Both the position numbers and the translations under genes were made by a program. Source: Cirrosporium novae-zelandiae (Eukaryota). Taken from it: a stretch of 64,000 bases of DNA. Location: positions 186,001 to 250,000 of the forward strand of contig JAPETS010000027.1 in the NCBI GenBank assembly GCA_026023565.1, read 5' to 3'. Numbering within the stretch: position 1 is the first letter of the stretch; every line of letters begins with the position of its first letter. The notes beneath the pieces were generated by a model, which was not told the DNA's origin, searched no databases, and saw only the letters and a program-made list of their open reading frames with translations. Positions 62,069-64,000 of this stretch are shown here, piece after piece.

Positions 62069-63162
62069 AAGGTTCTTGAATATTAGAGAAGGGTAGGCAG
62101 GTAGGTGTTTATGGGGATAGAGGTAGATTAGAGTATTGAATAGGAAGGAAGGGAGGGGGGAGGGATGTGTTGAGAGAGTTTGAATTTTAGATTACTTATT
62201 TAAGATAATAGATAGGGGGAAGGGGGGATAAGAGTATATACCTACTGATCTACTATATAATTACCTAGGTAGATATAAATCCGCGTGTAAAGAAGAAGAA
62301 TAGATAGGGTACCTACCTACCTATATCATGTTAATAATAATAATAATGATAGGAAAAAAAAGCGAAGGTATTTTATATATATATATTTGTTGATCATTAA
62401 GAAAAGGAATAGAATATCTAATTAATCCTTTGTTGTTGAGAACCGATTAACGCGCATCTTATCAGATGTGTTAGGGGATAGGTGCGCTAGCATGTGTATA
62501 GAGGGGACAGGGGGGCAGTTATTGATGTTTACTGTGTATCTGTATCTGTGGAGCTGTTGTATCTATCTCCCTTTTCCCCTTCCAATTGATAATTGACAAA
62601 TATTTCTGTTTTTAAAAGCATTTGCAACAAGTCTTCCGCAACTAATAAGCATGTAAGACGTTGAAATAATTAATAGCCCTAATAATTACTGTACATTACT
62701 GTATAGTACTAAGCCACGCGTCTGTTGGAGAAATTCAATGCCTCTAAAACTTTTATGATGACGTAGCAACTACCTTGAAAGATCAACGTGATAGATACAT
62801 TTAGGTTCATATATCTCTTTAAGCATACTGTGTGTATAAACTTATCATTAGAAGAACTACTGGGTGTAAGAGGAAAACAGAAAGTTCATATCTATCAACT
62901 TCGTCCCGCCAACCCCGTTCAACGCCCGAAGGGCATAAAAAGACTGCGCACTCGTTTAAAGGTATCAAGAATCGTAAGGTAATAATGGCATCCGCAATCC
63001 GCCACTGTCTATCAGATTGCACATTATTTCACTGCAGCTCATGTAGGCATTTAATGTCAACTTCCCCGATGTCCTCATAAGAAGAACCTGCCCGCCCACT
63101 TGTGTTCATTTCGACGAGCTTCAAATACATAGAGGTGCTCATCAAGCGTATATGCTCCCTCT

Positions 63163-64000
63163 TCACTGCACCTGACTGACTATTTCGTTGGCTCGTGACA
63201 GTGATTCAACCATTTGCTGGCATTCCTTCCGTCGTCTAGTCGTGTAGTCACTTTCTTTCAGTAAGTTGTCAAGTTCGTTTGTTCGGTAGAGATTTTCAAG
63301 CAACTCGCGCTGCATTTCATCTTTTGAAAATCTGTCGCTAGGTAAGCCGAGGTTTTATCACCAAGTATAATGCACGTCTTGAACTTACTGGACCAGATTA
63401 AGCATGATTGCCTTCGGTACCATATCGATCATTGTTCGTCGAACAATGTTATAGTAAGAGTTGATGAGTAATTCTAGCATTGTATATTAGTATTCGACTA
63501 TTGTGCTACAATTATCAACATGCACTTACTGATAACCTCAACTTCTTGTCCTTCCTTATCAGAGAGAGTTCCGGATGCTTTCAAGGTTGGTGGGGGAGCC
63601 TCCATTGCTGCCATTTTTTTCTTGTTCTTTACAGCAAAGAAGCTTCCAAAGAACCCACCGTTGCCATCAGTCAAGGTATCTATCGAAGGACTGGCAGACC
63701 GTGGTGGAACAGCTGGCGGTAGCGGCTTGCCCGTCTTTGGGTCAACCTGGGTAGGTTTTGCTGCATTGTGTCGTTCGTGGACAATAGCCATAGCCTGATA
63801 ACAAATTAGATGCTACATACAAAACTGTAAGCACATGATCACATACCCTTTGACCATTCAAGAAATCCGGGTGGCCGGTGTTGATATAACACGACTCCAT
63901 TGCTACCAAATCTCTAACTAACTTATTAGTTGGTTCCATCGTCTTCTTGAAAAATCCTACCACCACGGCATGGAATTTTTCCTTTAACCCAGGATACCTT
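63163..64000 (-). CDS. VPS1: Dynamin-like GTPase Vps1, 3' part only (gene continues beyond the window); three introns in view
   Basis: 'PTNKLVRDLVAMESCYINTGHPDFLNG', 'GFFGSFF..KNKKK..MEAPPPTLKASGTLS', GED 'LLINSYYNIVRRTMIDMVPKAIMLNLV..MQRELLENLY..RRKECQQMVESL..VSQVQ*'. Confidence 0.95.

Noticed and set aside
1..64000. tRNA, rRNA, snRNA, CRISPR array, transposase or reverse transcriptase
   Set aside because: GGTTC(G/A)A-like hits lack cloverleaf context, there is no repeat-spacer array, and no DDE or RT motifs appear in the ORFs; checked by eye only, so tRNAscan-SE and Infernal would be decisive

Overview
Eukaryotic DNA from a filamentous ascomycete (Pezizomycotina-type), judged from short GT-AG introns with CTRAC/CTAAT branch sites and fungal housekeeping proteins. 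The supplied ORF track splits most genes into exon fragments, so I rebuilt the gene models by hand. I find 21 protein-coding genes, in order: F-box/LRR protein, RmlD/MAT2B-like reductase, RA/PH-like protein, secreted Ser/Thr-rich protein, SnoaL-like protein, glycogen synthase, FPP synthase (ERG20), APC8/CDC23, questin-oxidase/HypA-like protein, FAL1, PRP9, DHA1 MFS transporter, TRK K+ transporter, GRAM/PH-like membrane protein, a six-exon SPO11 that the ORF track does not show, lanosterol synthase (ERG7), UBC7, GH55 glucanase, CorA-like protein, GH3 glycosidase and SGT1, plus the 3' end of VPS1. I could not support any tRNA, rRNA, CRISPR array or autonomous transposon. The most interesting signals are: (1) an intact secreted GH3/PA14 protein resembling actinobacterial DesR whose sugar-binding and acid/base motifs are altered, sitting in a GH55-CorA-GH3 block bordered by a MITE-like element; (2) in-frame N-terminal presequence-like extensions on FPP synthase and on the HypA-like protein, the latter also ending in a PTS1; (3) a perfect SRE (ATCACCCCAC) in the 280-bp SPO11/ERG7 divergent promoter; (4) an acidic repeat-like N-terminus on SPO11; (5) clustered TACCTAGGTA palindromes. 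Family assignments come from motif recognition, not database searches.
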